Shown here: positions 18,934 to 27,563 of the stretch, piece after piece
Layout: each line of letters starts with the position of its first letter
Position numbering within the stretch: position 1 is the first letter of the stretch
Source of the DNA: Clostridia bacterium
Lineage (GTDB): Bacteria; Bacillota; Clostridia; UBA1212
Length of the DNA stretch: 58,576 nt
Direction: 5' to 3'
NCBI GenBank assembly: GCA_017959965.1
Contig: JAGCZO010000066.1
Location: 1 to 58,576 of the forward strand
Notes under the pieces: model-generated
Database searches by the model: none
What the model was told of the DNA's origin: nothing
The model's input: only the letters and a program-made list of their open reading frames with translations
Translations under genes and position numbers: made by a program

Positions 18934-19905
18934 TCATTCTTTTTTCGCCGGAGCGTCGGTCTTCACTGCCTGCACTACGCCCTCGGCAAGGCCCGCAACC
19001 GAAGCTATCTCGGAGGGAATGATCACCTTCGTAGCGTTTCCGTTGGCGGCTGCCTCAAAGGCTCTCAGTTTCTGGAGAGTCAGGTAGCCTTCACCCGGGT
19101 CGGCTTCATTGATGTACCTGATGGCGTCGGCCTGAGCCTGCTGAACTGTACGGAGAGCAAGCGCCTCACCTTCGGCCTCTTTTATCTTAGCCTCTTTCAC
19201 GGCTTCCGCCTTAAGGATGGCAGCCTCTTTTTCAGCCTGGGCAGCCAGGATCTGGCTTTCCTTCAGACCTTCTGCCACAAGGATGCGGCTGGCCTTTTCA
19301 CCTTCTGCCTTAAGAATGGCTTCACGTCTCTGACGCTCGGCTTTCATCTGCTTCTCCATGGCGTCCTGGATCTCGTGGGGCGGAATAATGTTCTTAAGCT
19401 CGACTCTGGTGACTTTAATGCCCCAGGGATCTGTGGCCTCGTCAAGGATAGCCCTGATCTTAGAGTTAATGGTGTCCCTGGAGGTCAGGGTATGGTCAAG
19501 CTCCAGCTCGCCGATGATATTACGGAGCGTGGTCGCCGACAGGTTTTCGATAGCCGTGATAGGTCTGTCGACACCGTATGTATAAAGCTTCGGGTCTGTT
19601 ATCTGGAAAAACACAACGGTATCGATCTGCATCGTGACGTTATCCTTCGTGATAACGGGCTGAGGCGGGAAGTCCACCACCTGTTCCTTCAGCGTGACGA
19701 TCTTGGTGACCGAGTCTATGATCGGTACCTTAAAATGCAGGCCCGTCTGCCAGGTCGTGTAGTACGAGCCGAGTCTCTGTATAACGTATGCCTTCGACTG
19801 AGGCACGATCTTAATACTTGTAATAATGAGCAACAGGAGAAGCGCCACAACGCCTCCTATAACGCCAATAATAATGCCTTCACCGGCAAGGATCAATTCA
19901 AACAT
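18934..19905 (-). CDS. SPFH/band-7 (stomatin-like) membrane protein
   Basis: This is a 323-aa ORF with an N-terminal TM segment followed by VPQSKAYVIQRLGSYYTTWQTGLHFKVPIID, a PHB-domain signature. The C-terminus is a coiled-coil rich in EA/KA. A GGAGG SD is present. Confidence 0.9.
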   Translation of the reverse strand: MFELILAGEGIIIGVIGGVVALLLLLIITSIKIVPQSKAYVIQRLGSYYTTWQTGLHFKVPIIDSVTKIVTLKEQVVDFPPQPVITKDNVTMQIDTVVFFQITDPKLYTYGVDRPITAIENLSATTLRNIIGELELDHTLTSRDTINSKIRAILDEATDPWGIKVTRVELKNIIPPHEIQDAMEKQMKAERQRREAILKAEGEKASRILVAEGLKESQILAAQAEKEAAILKAEAVKEAKIKEAEGEALALRTVQQAQADAIRYINEADPGEGYLTLQKLRAFEAAANGNATKVIIPSEIASVAGLAEGVVQAVKTDAPAKKE

Positions 19906-19995
19906 TTCAGGCCTCCTTTTTCAAAAACAGGCTGTCGCCTGTGCGGTCTATCATTCAAATGCCGTGCTTTTAAGCCCGGCGGTTCCCGGTATCGG

Positions 19996-20466
19996 TCAGG
20001 AAAGGTCCTCTCCTTCAGGTTCCTCAGGCGGGTCCGTCTCTTCGCAGAGCTTCACCACCGCTTTTACGCCTTCAATACTCTCGACGGTAACGTAAGTGCC
20101 CTCAGGTATTACAGTGCCGACCACGTTTCTGGCGCTCCAGACAAGGCCTTCCACCTTAATACTTCCGGTACCCGAGAGATTATCTATGGTCTCGCAGACC
20201 AGTCCGCGCTTTCCGATGATCCTGTCGCTGTTCGTGGGAGTTTTTTTCTTCTTTAAGAACTTTTTCGCCAAGGGTCTTGTAAGGATCAGAGCGATTATCG
20301 AGACCGCTGCGAAAGCAACGCATTGCCAAAGAACGGGGACGTCAAATATCGCGAGGACCAGAGCCACAAGACTGCCCGCACAAAACCAAACGGAAACAAG
20401 TCCCGACGTGGCGACCTCGACAATGAGCATAACGGCAAACACAACTGCCCAGATTACAATCCACAT
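19996..20466 (-). CDS. NfeD-family membrane protein (partner of the SPFH protein)
   Basis: This is a 156-aa ORF. It has N-terminal TM helices and a C-terminal OB-like region (GKRGLVCETIDNLSGTGSIKVEGLVWSAR). It lies directly upstream of the SPFH gene, which is the classic operon arrangement. Confidence 0.85.
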   Translation of the reverse strand: MWIVIWAVVFAVMLIVEVATSGLVSVWFCAGSLVALVLAIFDVPVLWQCVAFAAVSIIALILTRPLAKKFLKKKKTPTNSDRIIGKRGLVCETIDNLSGTGSIKVEGLVWSARNVVGTVIPEGTYVTVESIEGVKAVVKLCEETDPPEEPEGEDLS

Positions 20467-20639
20467 AACCTTTCACCTCTTTTCTCAAGAAATGCCGACC
20501 CCGCGGGCCTCCGGCCTGCATTCAGCAAAACACGGGCTTTAAAAGGAGATCCCGATCAGCATATCCGCAAAGCTGCCGGCAACATAAATTGCACGTTTCC
20601 CTGACAGCGGAAATCATTTACTTCCGAAACTGTCAATAT

Positions 20640-20668
20640 ATTGTACCACGTAAGGCGCCGATCTTCAA
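20640..20668 (-). promoter_or_regulatory. Candidate promoter for the nfeD-SPFH operon
   Basis: The minus strand reads TTGAAG (20663-20668), a 17-nt spacer ending in TGG, then TACAAT (20640-20645). This implies a leader of about 165 nt. Confidence 0.4.
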
Positions 20669-20827
20669 TCAAAATCGGTTTCCGGAGGGCCCGGATCCCC
20701 GGGTCCGGTGCAGGTGTTCCTTATAGGTTAGAGCGGTATTTCCGGGCAATAAAAACCACTCTTCACCCGGCAAAAGGCCGGCGGCGCTCCGCAGGCCTTT
20801 CATCATCCGTTCACTGCCTGTGATGCG

Positions 20828-22867
20828 TCATTCCCCGAAGGTCAAAAGCACCGTTCCGTACGGCGGCAAAACCGTCGCGAACCCGCCCCGGCAGGACCTG
20901 ATCTGCGCCGCCTGCGGCGCACTGTTTACCAAAAGGGCCGTCTGCCCGCCGCCCGGGCTGCGGCCGTAGGCCGCCACCACGCCGGAGGCATCAGTAGTCA
21001 GGCCTCCGGCGGGCAGCCCCTCCCGCAGCTTTGCGAAAGCGCCGCTTTCGCAAAGCGCAGCGGCCGCGCCCTCGCCCGAAAGCGGCGCGGCCCCTGCCCG
21101 TCCGGCGTCCTCATATTGGTCACTGAAGGCTCCCTCGGGGTCAAAAAAGATCACCTTTGCATTGGCGTTATTCGTCATATTGGCGATAAATTCAGCGGTC
21201 TTCTCCGTAACAAGGCACCCGGGCACGACGACCAGCTCGGGCCGTAAAGTCAGAGCTTCTTTAAGCCCGTCCGGGTCTGCAAAAATGAAGGGGACCAGGT
21301 CGTCCAGGAACAGGTTCATTGCCTTTTCAAGATTTACCTGGCACTTGTCTATGAGGGTCTGTTCGGAGGGCGCGTTGTCGAATTCGGTCCCGGGCTTCTG
21401 GAGACACATGACCGTATCAACGGGGTAGTATATGACCGCCTTTCCGAAGTTTCTTTCTCCCAATTCTTCCGAGGAGGCGGAGATTTTTTCGTTGAGACGG
21501 TTCCAGAATTCAGGAGTGTACGCCCCGTCGTTGTAGTAGGACGTGAACACGTCGGCGCCGAGCGCCAGCTGCAGCATAAGGGAGCATTCCACCTGCTTTT
21601 CCGTCACGTTGCCCCCCTGGGCGTGGGCGGACACCTCGTCCATGACGTGCTTCCTGCCGTAGAGCTCCGCCGATGATCTCACAAGAAGCGGCGTGAAGGC
21701 ATTGGCCCTTACGATCTCCGGTACAGAGTGTAACATATCCAGGCCGGGAACGTGCATATGGGAAAGGAACCGCATGATGTTGCCCTCGAACCGCACGTGA
21801 AGCTTGAGCTCGTCCTCAAGAAGCACGTGGCCCGAGAACATAAGGCCGTTGTCCTCGCAGTATTTGCCTATTTGTCCGAAAAAGCTGTTCTCGAAAAGCA
21901 GGCTCGCCATATTGTTGAAGTCATGCCTCGTACGCCTTGCCTTCTCTGATCCGCCGGCGAAAAGATACGCAAGCTCATCCGTCAGATCCCTGCCGTAAAG
22001 CCTTCTGAACTCCTCGATAAAATGTCTGCCCCAATTGATGACAGGGTAAAAAGGTATGTTCGGATCCGGGGTGTGGTCGATGCGGGGCGTGTTGATCCCC
22101 TGGTTTATATAGTGCCCCATGTATGAGGGCTCGTCCGTGAAAATCGCCTCGACAGTCGCTTCCGGCCTCGGGTCACCGATCTCTTCCGCGAAGGTGCCTT
22201 TCAAACAGTCAACGTACCTTCTGTAGGTATTGTCAATGAACTCCGCCACCGCGTCGGGACTGCTTACGTCAATGTACCTTCTGGAAGCGCACACGTTGTT
22301 CTGGCAATGGGCGCCCTCGAAGGCTCTCTTGACGTAAAAGCCAAGCACAAGCATATTGCACGCTTTGGCGTTAAAGACCTCCGTCTCGTCTTCATGGCCG
22401 AACACCACCGGACTTTTGTCCAGTTCCCCGTCGGTGATCTTTTCGCTCTTCATTTCGTAGCCGACAACGTTCAGCGTCTTTTCGTGGCCGTATGGGAGCC
22501 TGAAGACCTTTTTCTCACCGGGCTTCAGCACCTCGTGAACAACGACAAGGGCCCTTGCCTCCAGGTCCGGATCCGCGGAAAGAGTTTCCTTCCAGGCGCC
22601 TCCGCTGGGGTACCCTTTTTCGTCATAGAGCCACATCCGCATGTCGTTTTCACGGCAAATCCGGACTTTTTCTCTCATCAGCCGCCACTCGGTCTCATTC
22701 CGGAGGTAGTCGTGATCGCCAACGTTTGTGACGATGCCTCCGAAGCCCTTGGCTTTAAGCTCTTTGACGCGGGCCTCGATCTTCGCGACCTTGTCCTCAA
22801 AGCTGTCCTCTTCTCTGTAGCCAAAATACCCGTGAGTTATCCTCAGCATCCTTCCGTAATCCTTCAT
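20828..22867 (-). CDS. Cytoplasmic glycoside-hydrolase-like protein, family unassigned
   Basis: This is a 679-aa ORF with no signal peptide and a GGAGG SD. The motifs GFGGIVTNVG, MWLYDEKGYPSG, IFTDEPSY and FSGHVLLEDE resemble those of large cytoplasmic glycosidases. Any resemblance to GH106 is from memory only. Confidence 0.4.
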   Translation of the reverse strand: MKDYGRMLRITHGYFGYREEDSFEDKVAKIEARVKELKAKGFGGIVTNVGDHDYLRNETEWRLMREKVRICRENDMRMWLYDEKGYPSGGAWKETLSADPDLEARALVVVHEVLKPGEKKVFRLPYGHEKTLNVVGYEMKSEKITDGELDKSPVVFGHEDETEVFNAKACNMLVLGFYVKRAFEGAHCQNNVCASRRYIDVSSPDAVAEFIDNTYRRYVDCLKGTFAEEIGDPRPEATVEAIFTDEPSYMGHYINQGINTPRIDHTPDPNIPFYPVINWGRHFIEEFRRLYGRDLTDELAYLFAGGSEKARRTRHDFNNMASLLFENSFFGQIGKYCEDNGLMFSGHVLLEDELKLHVRFEGNIMRFLSHMHVPGLDMLHSVPEIVRANAFTPLLVRSSAELYGRKHVMDEVSAHAQGGNVTEKQVECSLMLQLALGADVFTSYYNDGAYTPEFWNRLNEKISASSEELGERNFGKAVIYYPVDTVMCLQKPGTEFDNAPSEQTLIDKCQVNLEKAMNLFLDDLVPFIFADPDGLKEALTLRPELVVVPGCLVTEKTAEFIANMTNNANAKVIFFDPEGAFSDQYEDAGRAGAAPLSGEGAAAALCESGAFAKLREGLPAGGLTTDASGVVAAYGRSPGGGQTALLVNSAPQAAQIRSCRGGFATVLPPYGTVLLTFGE

Positions 22868-22928
22868 AGCGCCTCCGGTAATACTTTATCGTTATCCTGC
22901 CGTCCGCCGGCAAATTTCTCTTACGGAT

Positions 22929-22957
22929 ATTCTATGCTTAAAGGAAGCGGTTGTCAA
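22929..22957 (-). promoter_or_regulatory. Sigma-70-type promoter for CDS 20828-22867
   Basis: The minus strand reads TTGACA (22952-22957), a 17-nt spacer, then TAGAAT (22929-22934). Confidence 0.5.
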
Positions 22958-23040
22958 TTGCGGGCATAGATGCATTTTGAAGAAGTGGAATAACGCTCTT
23001 GAAGCTTTGAAAAATCAGATAGCAAACTCTCACATTTTGA

Positions 23041-23070
23041 TTGACAAAAAGCCGGAGAAGTCGTTATATT
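23041..23070 (+). promoter_or_regulatory. Sigma-70-type promoter for the TfoX-like/LMW-PTP pair
   Basis: TTGACA sits at 23041-23046. A spacer of 17 or 18 nt leads to TTATAT or TATATT (23064-23070). The leader to the ATG at 23213 is about 140 nt. Confidence 0.5.
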
Positions 23071-23212
23071 TTATTGAATTCTGCAAAAGCGGAGGCCTAT
23101 ACACCGAAAGGAGTGACATGTCTGCACAGCGCAGCAGTCTACCTTAGATTGACTATTTGCCTTCACGGCATTACCTATAGGCATTAGGATCAAAGGATAA
23201 AGGAGCAACGAA

Positions 23213-23527
23213 ATGTCATACGAAAACCCGGGTATAGTTCAAGAGTGGCTGGATAACCTTGGAGAATTGAACGTAGACGTAAAAAAGATGTTTGGCTGCT
23301 ATTGCCTGTATTGCGACGGCCAGGCTGTCGGGTGGATCCATGACAGCGTTCTCAGCTTGCGTGAAGTCGGTCTTAATTATCTGCCGGAGGACATAAAAAG
23401 GCCGGCTCCTGAAGATAAAATACAGGAACTGATCATTCCGTTCGATTATGTAACTGCAGAGTGGCTTCCAAGGTCAGTTCAGGACACTGCGAATATCAGA
23501 AGAAAGAGTCAAAAACAATATGATTAA
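23213..23527 (+). CDS. TfoX N-terminal-domain family protein
   Basis: This is a 104-aa ORF with an AAGGAG SD. The pattern VKKMFGCYCLYCDGQAVGWIHDSVLSLRE matches the TfoX_N core (MFGGxGLYxDGxxFGxIxDDxLYLK). The gene is visibly more AT-rich than its neighbours. Confidence 0.6.
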   Translation: MSYENPGIVQEWLDNLGELNVDVKKMFGCYCLYCDGQAVGWIHDSVLSLREVGLNYLPEDIKRPAPEDKIQELIIPFDYVTAEWLPRSVQDTANIRRKSQKQYD

Positions 23528-23984
23528 AATACTGTTCATCTGCCACGGCAACATCTGCCGCAGCCCCATGGCCGAATTCTGCCTGAAGGATCTTCTTGCC
23601 AAAGCCAATGCCTCGTCATTGGCGTATATCTCTTCCGCGGCCACCAGCGCGGAGGAACTCGGAAACCCGGTATACCCTCCTGCCAAACGAAAGCTCCGGG
23701 AGCAGGGAATCGACTGCGCGGGCAAGACCGCAAGGCAGATCACACGTTCAGATTACGAAAAATATGATATAATCGTGGCAATGGAGCGCTGCAATCTGCG
23801 CAACACGGAGCGCATCACAGGCCCCGACCGCGACCGCAAATTCAGGCTCCTTATGGATTACACGGACACCCCCGGAGGCGTTGCCGATCCCTGGTACACA
23901 GGCGATTTCGACGAGGCCTGGCGGGACATTGAAAAAGGCTGCCGGGCGATGGCGGAAAGGATCATCGGCGGCAAAAAGCTCTGA
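23520..23984 (+). CDS. Low-molecular-weight protein tyrosine phosphatase
   Basis: This is a 154-aa ORF. It has the ILFICHGNICRSPMAE P-loop (CX5R-S) and the ADPWYTGDF general-acid Asp region. It overlaps the upstream gene by 8 nt. Confidence 0.85.
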   Translation: MIKILFICHGNICRSPMAEFCLKDLLAKANASSLAYISSAATSAEELGNPVYPPAKRKLREQGIDCAGKTARQITRSDYEKYDIIVAMERCNLRNTERITGPDRDRKFRLLMDYTDTPGGVADPWYTGDFDEAWRDIEKGCRAMAERIIGGKKL

Positions 23985-24063
23985 CTCCGGCCCCTTGCGG
24001 ACTGATCGGGAATTCACGGTACGGCCCGGTCTTACTTCCCGGCAAGGGATCATACTGACAACT

Positions 24064-25227
24064 ATGAAAAAGATACTTGGCTATTTCAAAAAGAACAAGG
24101 TCAGAAAAGCGCTGGCTCTTACGGTCTGCTTCTCATTGATCAGACTCCTTGCCGGTCTTCTGGTGTACGTGGCGGCGGCCGGCCACTCCTCAACGGTCCG
24201 CTCGGTATACACGGAAAAGATCTTTCCGTTCATCACAGCGCCAATGAAATTTATTGCCTCGCTCGTACCGTTTTCCGTTGGCGAGACGCTTCTCATAGCG
24301 GCCGTCGGCCTTTCTCTCGCGGGTCTTGTCTTCTGCTTCGCCCGCTGGATCTATCTTGCGGCAAAGAAGAAAAAAGGCACAAAGGGCTTCCTTCGCCTCC
24401 TCGCAGCCGTCATTGCGTTGGCGATCCTCGTTGGCGGCAATTTTTTCATCTACGGCGGCCTCAACTACCGCTCACTGACCTTTAAGGAAGTCACAGGCCT
24501 TGAAACGAGCGCGGTGGACACGGAAGAGCTGCAGCAGCTTTGCCTTCTTTTAGGGAAAAAAGCGACCGAAGCCCGCAAAGCTGTTGCCAAAAACGAAAAC
24601 GGGGTCGCCTCCGATCCCCGCTCATACGAGGAGCTGTTAAAGCTCTCTCCGAGCGGCTTTGCCAACGCAGCCAAAGAGTTTTCCTGCCTTGAGGGCACCC
24701 TCGTCGGTCCGAAGCCCGCCTTCCTCTCCGAGATCATGAGCTACGAACAGATCGCGGGTATTTTCCCCATCGTATACACCGAGTCCATCGTCAACGTCAA
24801 CTCTCCCGTCTACGACACGCCATTCACGGCCTGCCACGAGCTTGCGCATCAGCTTGGCTTTATGCAGGAGGACGAGGCCAATTTTATCGGCTACCTTGCC
24901 GCCGTCAACAGCGACGATCCTCTCTACGTCTACAGCGGCTACTACAACGGTTTTTCCTACGCAATGAACCAGCTTTACAGCTATGACCGTGACCGCTGGT
25001 CCGCCGTCTGGAGCGACCCGGGCATCGACGCCGAAGGCATTTCCAATGACATGCGCAACGCCAATTCGGTCTGGGACGCCTACCGCAAAAAAGCACCCGT
25101 TGTGAGCAAGGTCTCCGAAGCCGTCAACGACACTTACCTCAAAGCCAATGACATCCCCGACGGCACCCACAGCTACGGAAGAATGGTGGATCTGATGCTC
25201 GCGTACTATAAGAGCAGCATACAGTGA
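24064..25227 (+). CDS. DUF3810-family membrane protein (putative Zn-metalloprotease-like)
   Basis: The ORF is 23881-25227. I placed the start at ATG 24064 (MKKILGYFKK) because the upstream part overlaps the PTP gene. TM helices are present, followed by HELAHQLGFMQEDEANFIGYLA. Confidence 0.7.
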   Translation: MKKILGYFKKNKVRKALALTVCFSLIRLLAGLLVYVAAAGHSSTVRSVYTEKIFPFITAPMKFIASLVPFSVGETLLIAAVGLSLAGLVFCFARWIYLAAKKKKGTKGFLRLLAAVIALAILVGGNFFIYGGLNYRSLTFKEVTGLETSAVDTEELQQLCLLLGKKATEARKAVAKNENGVASDPRSYEELLKLSPSGFANAAKEFSCLEGTLVGPKPAFLSEIMSYEQIAGIFPIVYTESIVNVNSPVYDTPFTACHELAHQLGFMQEDEANFIGYLAAVNSDDPLYVYSGYYNGFSYAMNQLYSYDRDRWSAVWSDPGIDAEGISNDMRNANSVWDAYRKKAPVVSKVSEAVNDTYLKANDIPDGTHSYGRMVDLMLAYYKSSIQ

Positions 25228-25245
25228 CAAGGCTGCTTGCAGAAC

Positions 25246-25694
25246 AAAAAAGAAGAGTGCGGAATTATTCCTTCTGCACCTTTCTTTTTACTCAAAATGC
25301 GCAAAGAACCTTAAATTTCCTTTCCCCGGGTGAACGAATAGTTTTGAGCTATTTTTGCTCGCGTGGACCCGAAGCTGTACGAAGGTACTGCGAGCGGTCC
25401 ACTCGAGCAAAGTGTTTTGCGTAGTAATAAAGAAAAATGCGGAATTCTTTTTTCCGCACTCTTCTTTTTATTTCACGCAAAACACGTAAAGAGCCAAAAA
25501 TATTGCTAAGTGAAAACGCAGAGTTAAGAGCTATTTTCGCGGGCGCGGGGCCGACGCTGTACGAAGGTACTGCAAGTGCCCCGCTCGCGCGAAGCATTTT
25601 GCGCAGCAATCAAATAAAGTTTGGGTTCTTCTTACCGCAATTATATCTTTATATTCCCTGCGCAAAATGCGCAAAGAGCCTTAAATGTGCGTTT
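25246..25694. repeat. Array of about 2.5 degenerate ~183-bp structured repeat units between convergent genes
   Basis: Unit A is about 25246-25427, unit B about 25428-25610, and partial unit C about 25611-25700. Each unit holds two long hairpins, described in the findings. The conserved cores are gctgtacgaaggtactgc and aaaatgcgcaaagaRcc. Confidence 0.8.
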
Positions 25695-26492
25695 TCACCC
25701 AAGGGCTACGTCTAAAGCCATCATCAGTGTAAATCCTACCGCAAACATTACAACGCCGATATTGGAATGTTCGCCCGCGGACATTTCCGGTATCAGCTCC
25801 TCGACCACCGCGTAGAACATTGCCCCGGCGGCAAAAGCCAGAAGGTAAGGCATTGCCGGTACCGCAATGCTGGCGAAAAGCGCCGTAAGGAGTGCCGCCA
25901 CAGGCTCCACCGCTCCGGAGAGCACACCGTCAAGGAAACCTCTGCCTTTGGATTTGCCTTCCGCATGGAGCGGCATTGAAATAATTGCGCCCTCAGGGAA
26001 ATTCTGGAGGGCCATACCGATGGAAAGGGCAAGCGCCGCGCCGGCAGTGATCTCCTGTGATCCCGAAAGAAGACCCGCGTAAACAACGCCTATGGTCATG
26101 CCCTCGGGGATGTTGTGCAGGGTCACCGCAAGCAGAAGCATGGTGTCGCGCCTTGCCTTGCTCTTGGGGCCTTCAGCCTTTTCCGCGTACATGTGAAGGT
26201 GCGGGATCAGACGGTCCAGGAGCAGCAGGAAAAGAATTCCTATCCAGAAGCCTACGAAGGCCGGCAGAAAGGTAAGTTTCTTCAGATTCTCGCCAAAGGA
26301 CTGCTCGCTGAGATTCATCGCGGGGATCAGAAGGCTCCAGATGGAGGCCGCGACCATAACGCCGGAGGCAAACCCCGTAAGCGCCCGCTGAACGTTCCGT
26401 CCCAGGTCCTTCCTCATGAAAAACACACAGGCAGCGCCCAGTGTCGTTCCAACGAGGGGAATAGTTATTCCAAGCAATACTTCAAGCCACAT
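25695..26492 (-). CDS. ZIP-family divalent metal (zinc) transporter
   Basis: This is a 265-aa multi-TM ORF with HNIPEGM and LQNFPEGA motifs. A GGAGGA SD is present. Confidence 0.85.
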   Translation of the reverse strand: MWLEVLLGITIPLVGTTLGAACVFFMRKDLGRNVQRALTGFASGVMVAASIWSLLIPAMNLSEQSFGENLKKLTFLPAFVGFWIGILFLLLLDRLIPHLHMYAEKAEGPKSKARRDTMLLLAVTLHNIPEGMTIGVVYAGLLSGSQEITAGAALALSIGMALQNFPEGAIISMPLHAEGKSKGRGFLDGVLSGAVEPVAALLTALFASIAVPAMPYLLAFAAGAMFYAVVEELIPEMSAGEHSNIGVVMFAVGFTLMMALDVALG

Positions 26493-26624
26493 ACCGTTCC
26501 TCCGTATATCATTCCGCCGGAAAACCGGTCCGGCTTCTCAAACAATGTATTACTCTTTAGGTGTTGATTTGTCAATACTCTGTATCAAAAATCCTGTCTT
26601 ATATTGATTACTCGCCAATGCGTT

Positions 26625-27563
26625 TTACCCGAACCTCTCCAGCCACTCGTCAAGTATCGGGTTTGCGTTCGGGTTGCCCAGTGCCCTGCATCTTCTGACC
26701 GCCTCGACGTGCCTTGACGGGTCGTCGTTTTTCATTGCCACCAGGAGCTGGCCAAGGATCTTCATGGGTTTGGCGTAGTTGACGCCGTAGACGGCGGCAT
26801 ATTCGCTTGATTTGAAGCCGGGGCTGCAGCAGGCAAGGGCAAACTCGTCAAGATCAAACATCCTGTAGTAGTCAGGGGATGGCTTCGTTGCCTTTGCGGT
26901 CACTCCCGCGTTCATGGGGCAGGCAGTCTGGCAGTCGTTGCAGCCGAGAAGCTTGTTCCCGTAAAGATGATTCAGGGGATCGTCAAGGGATGCTTTTTCG
27001 AACTGCTTTTGGCGTACGCAGCGCCCCGCGTCAAACGAATCCGGCTTCAGGGCTCCCGTGAGGCAGGCCCTTGAGCATCTGCCGCAGTCCGCGCAACCCT
27101 TATCCTCAACTCCGAAGGATGTCTTTGGCAGTTCCGCGGCGCCCTTGCCCTGAAGGTCGATGACCTCCATGCAGAAGAAGGTGCCGAAGGGCTTGATCCA
27201 GATCAAGGTGTTGCGGAGGAATCTGCCGATGCCCAGGCTGAAGACAAGCGCCTTGTAGCTGCCCTCAAAATAGCAGGCGTTTTCGAAGGAGGCACCTTTG
27301 AGGAACGATATGAGCTCGTTTTTCAGCCGGTATATCCGCTGGGACGTCCAGTAGTAGCTGTCGACAAAAGCCGTCCGGGGCTCCGCAACGACGTGCGGAA
27401 CGTAGGGCATAAAAATGCACAGGAAACCGTCTGTCTCGGCGAAATAGGCGTTTCCGTAGCCGTCAAATTCCTCCTGGGACAGGTCTTCGCAGTCCGCAAG
27501 GGGCCGTATACAAGGACAGACCTCCGTGCGGAAGTCTGTCAGGATCATGTCTGTTATCTTCAT
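26625..27563 (-). CDS. QueG-like (epoxyqueuosine reductase-like) 2x[4Fe-4S] protein, short form
   Basis: This is a 312-aa ORF. The two Cys clusters CADCGRCSRACLTGAL...GRCV and GCNDCQTACPMN are arranged as in QueG. The tail is HEAT-like (VEAVRRCRALGNPNANPIL). The start ATG overlaps the upstream stop as ATGA. Confidence 0.55.
   Translation of the reverse strand: MKITDMILTDFRTEVCPCIRPLADCEDLSQEEFDGYGNAYFAETDGFLCIFMPYVPHVVAEPRTAFVDSYYWTSQRIYRLKNELISFLKGASFENACYFEGSYKALVFSLGIGRFLRNTLIWIKPFGTFFCMEVIDLQGKGAAELPKTSFGVEDKGCADCGRCSRACLTGALKPDSFDAGRCVRQKQFEKASLDDPLNHLYGNKLLGCNDCQTACPMNAGVTAKATKPSPDYYRMFDLDEFALACCSPGFKSSEYAAVYGVNYAKPMKILGQLLVAMKNDDPSRHVEAVRRCRALGNPNANPILDEWLERFG

Noticed and set aside
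18934-20466. The SPFH/NfeD pair as a possible defence or novel system.
   Set aside because: This is the widespread canonical two-gene nfeD-stomatin operon. No additional effector, nuclease or NTPase genes are attached.
22868-23212. A riboswitch or small RNA in the 345-bp divergent region, and similarly in the fhs leader (39546-39640) and upstream of the ZIP gene (26493-26624, where I looked for a Zur box).
   Set aside because: I recognised no known riboswitch cores and no Zur-type palindrome. Only promoters and a short uORF could be supported, and the uORF is reported separately at low interest.
25246-25694. The repeat array read as a CRISPR array, or as small ORFs (25224-25424, 25437-25715, 25349-25609).
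   Set aside because: The units are about 183 bp and degenerate, not short identical repeats separated by unique spacers, and no cas genes are nearby. The small ORFs have no SD sites and cross the hairpin arms.
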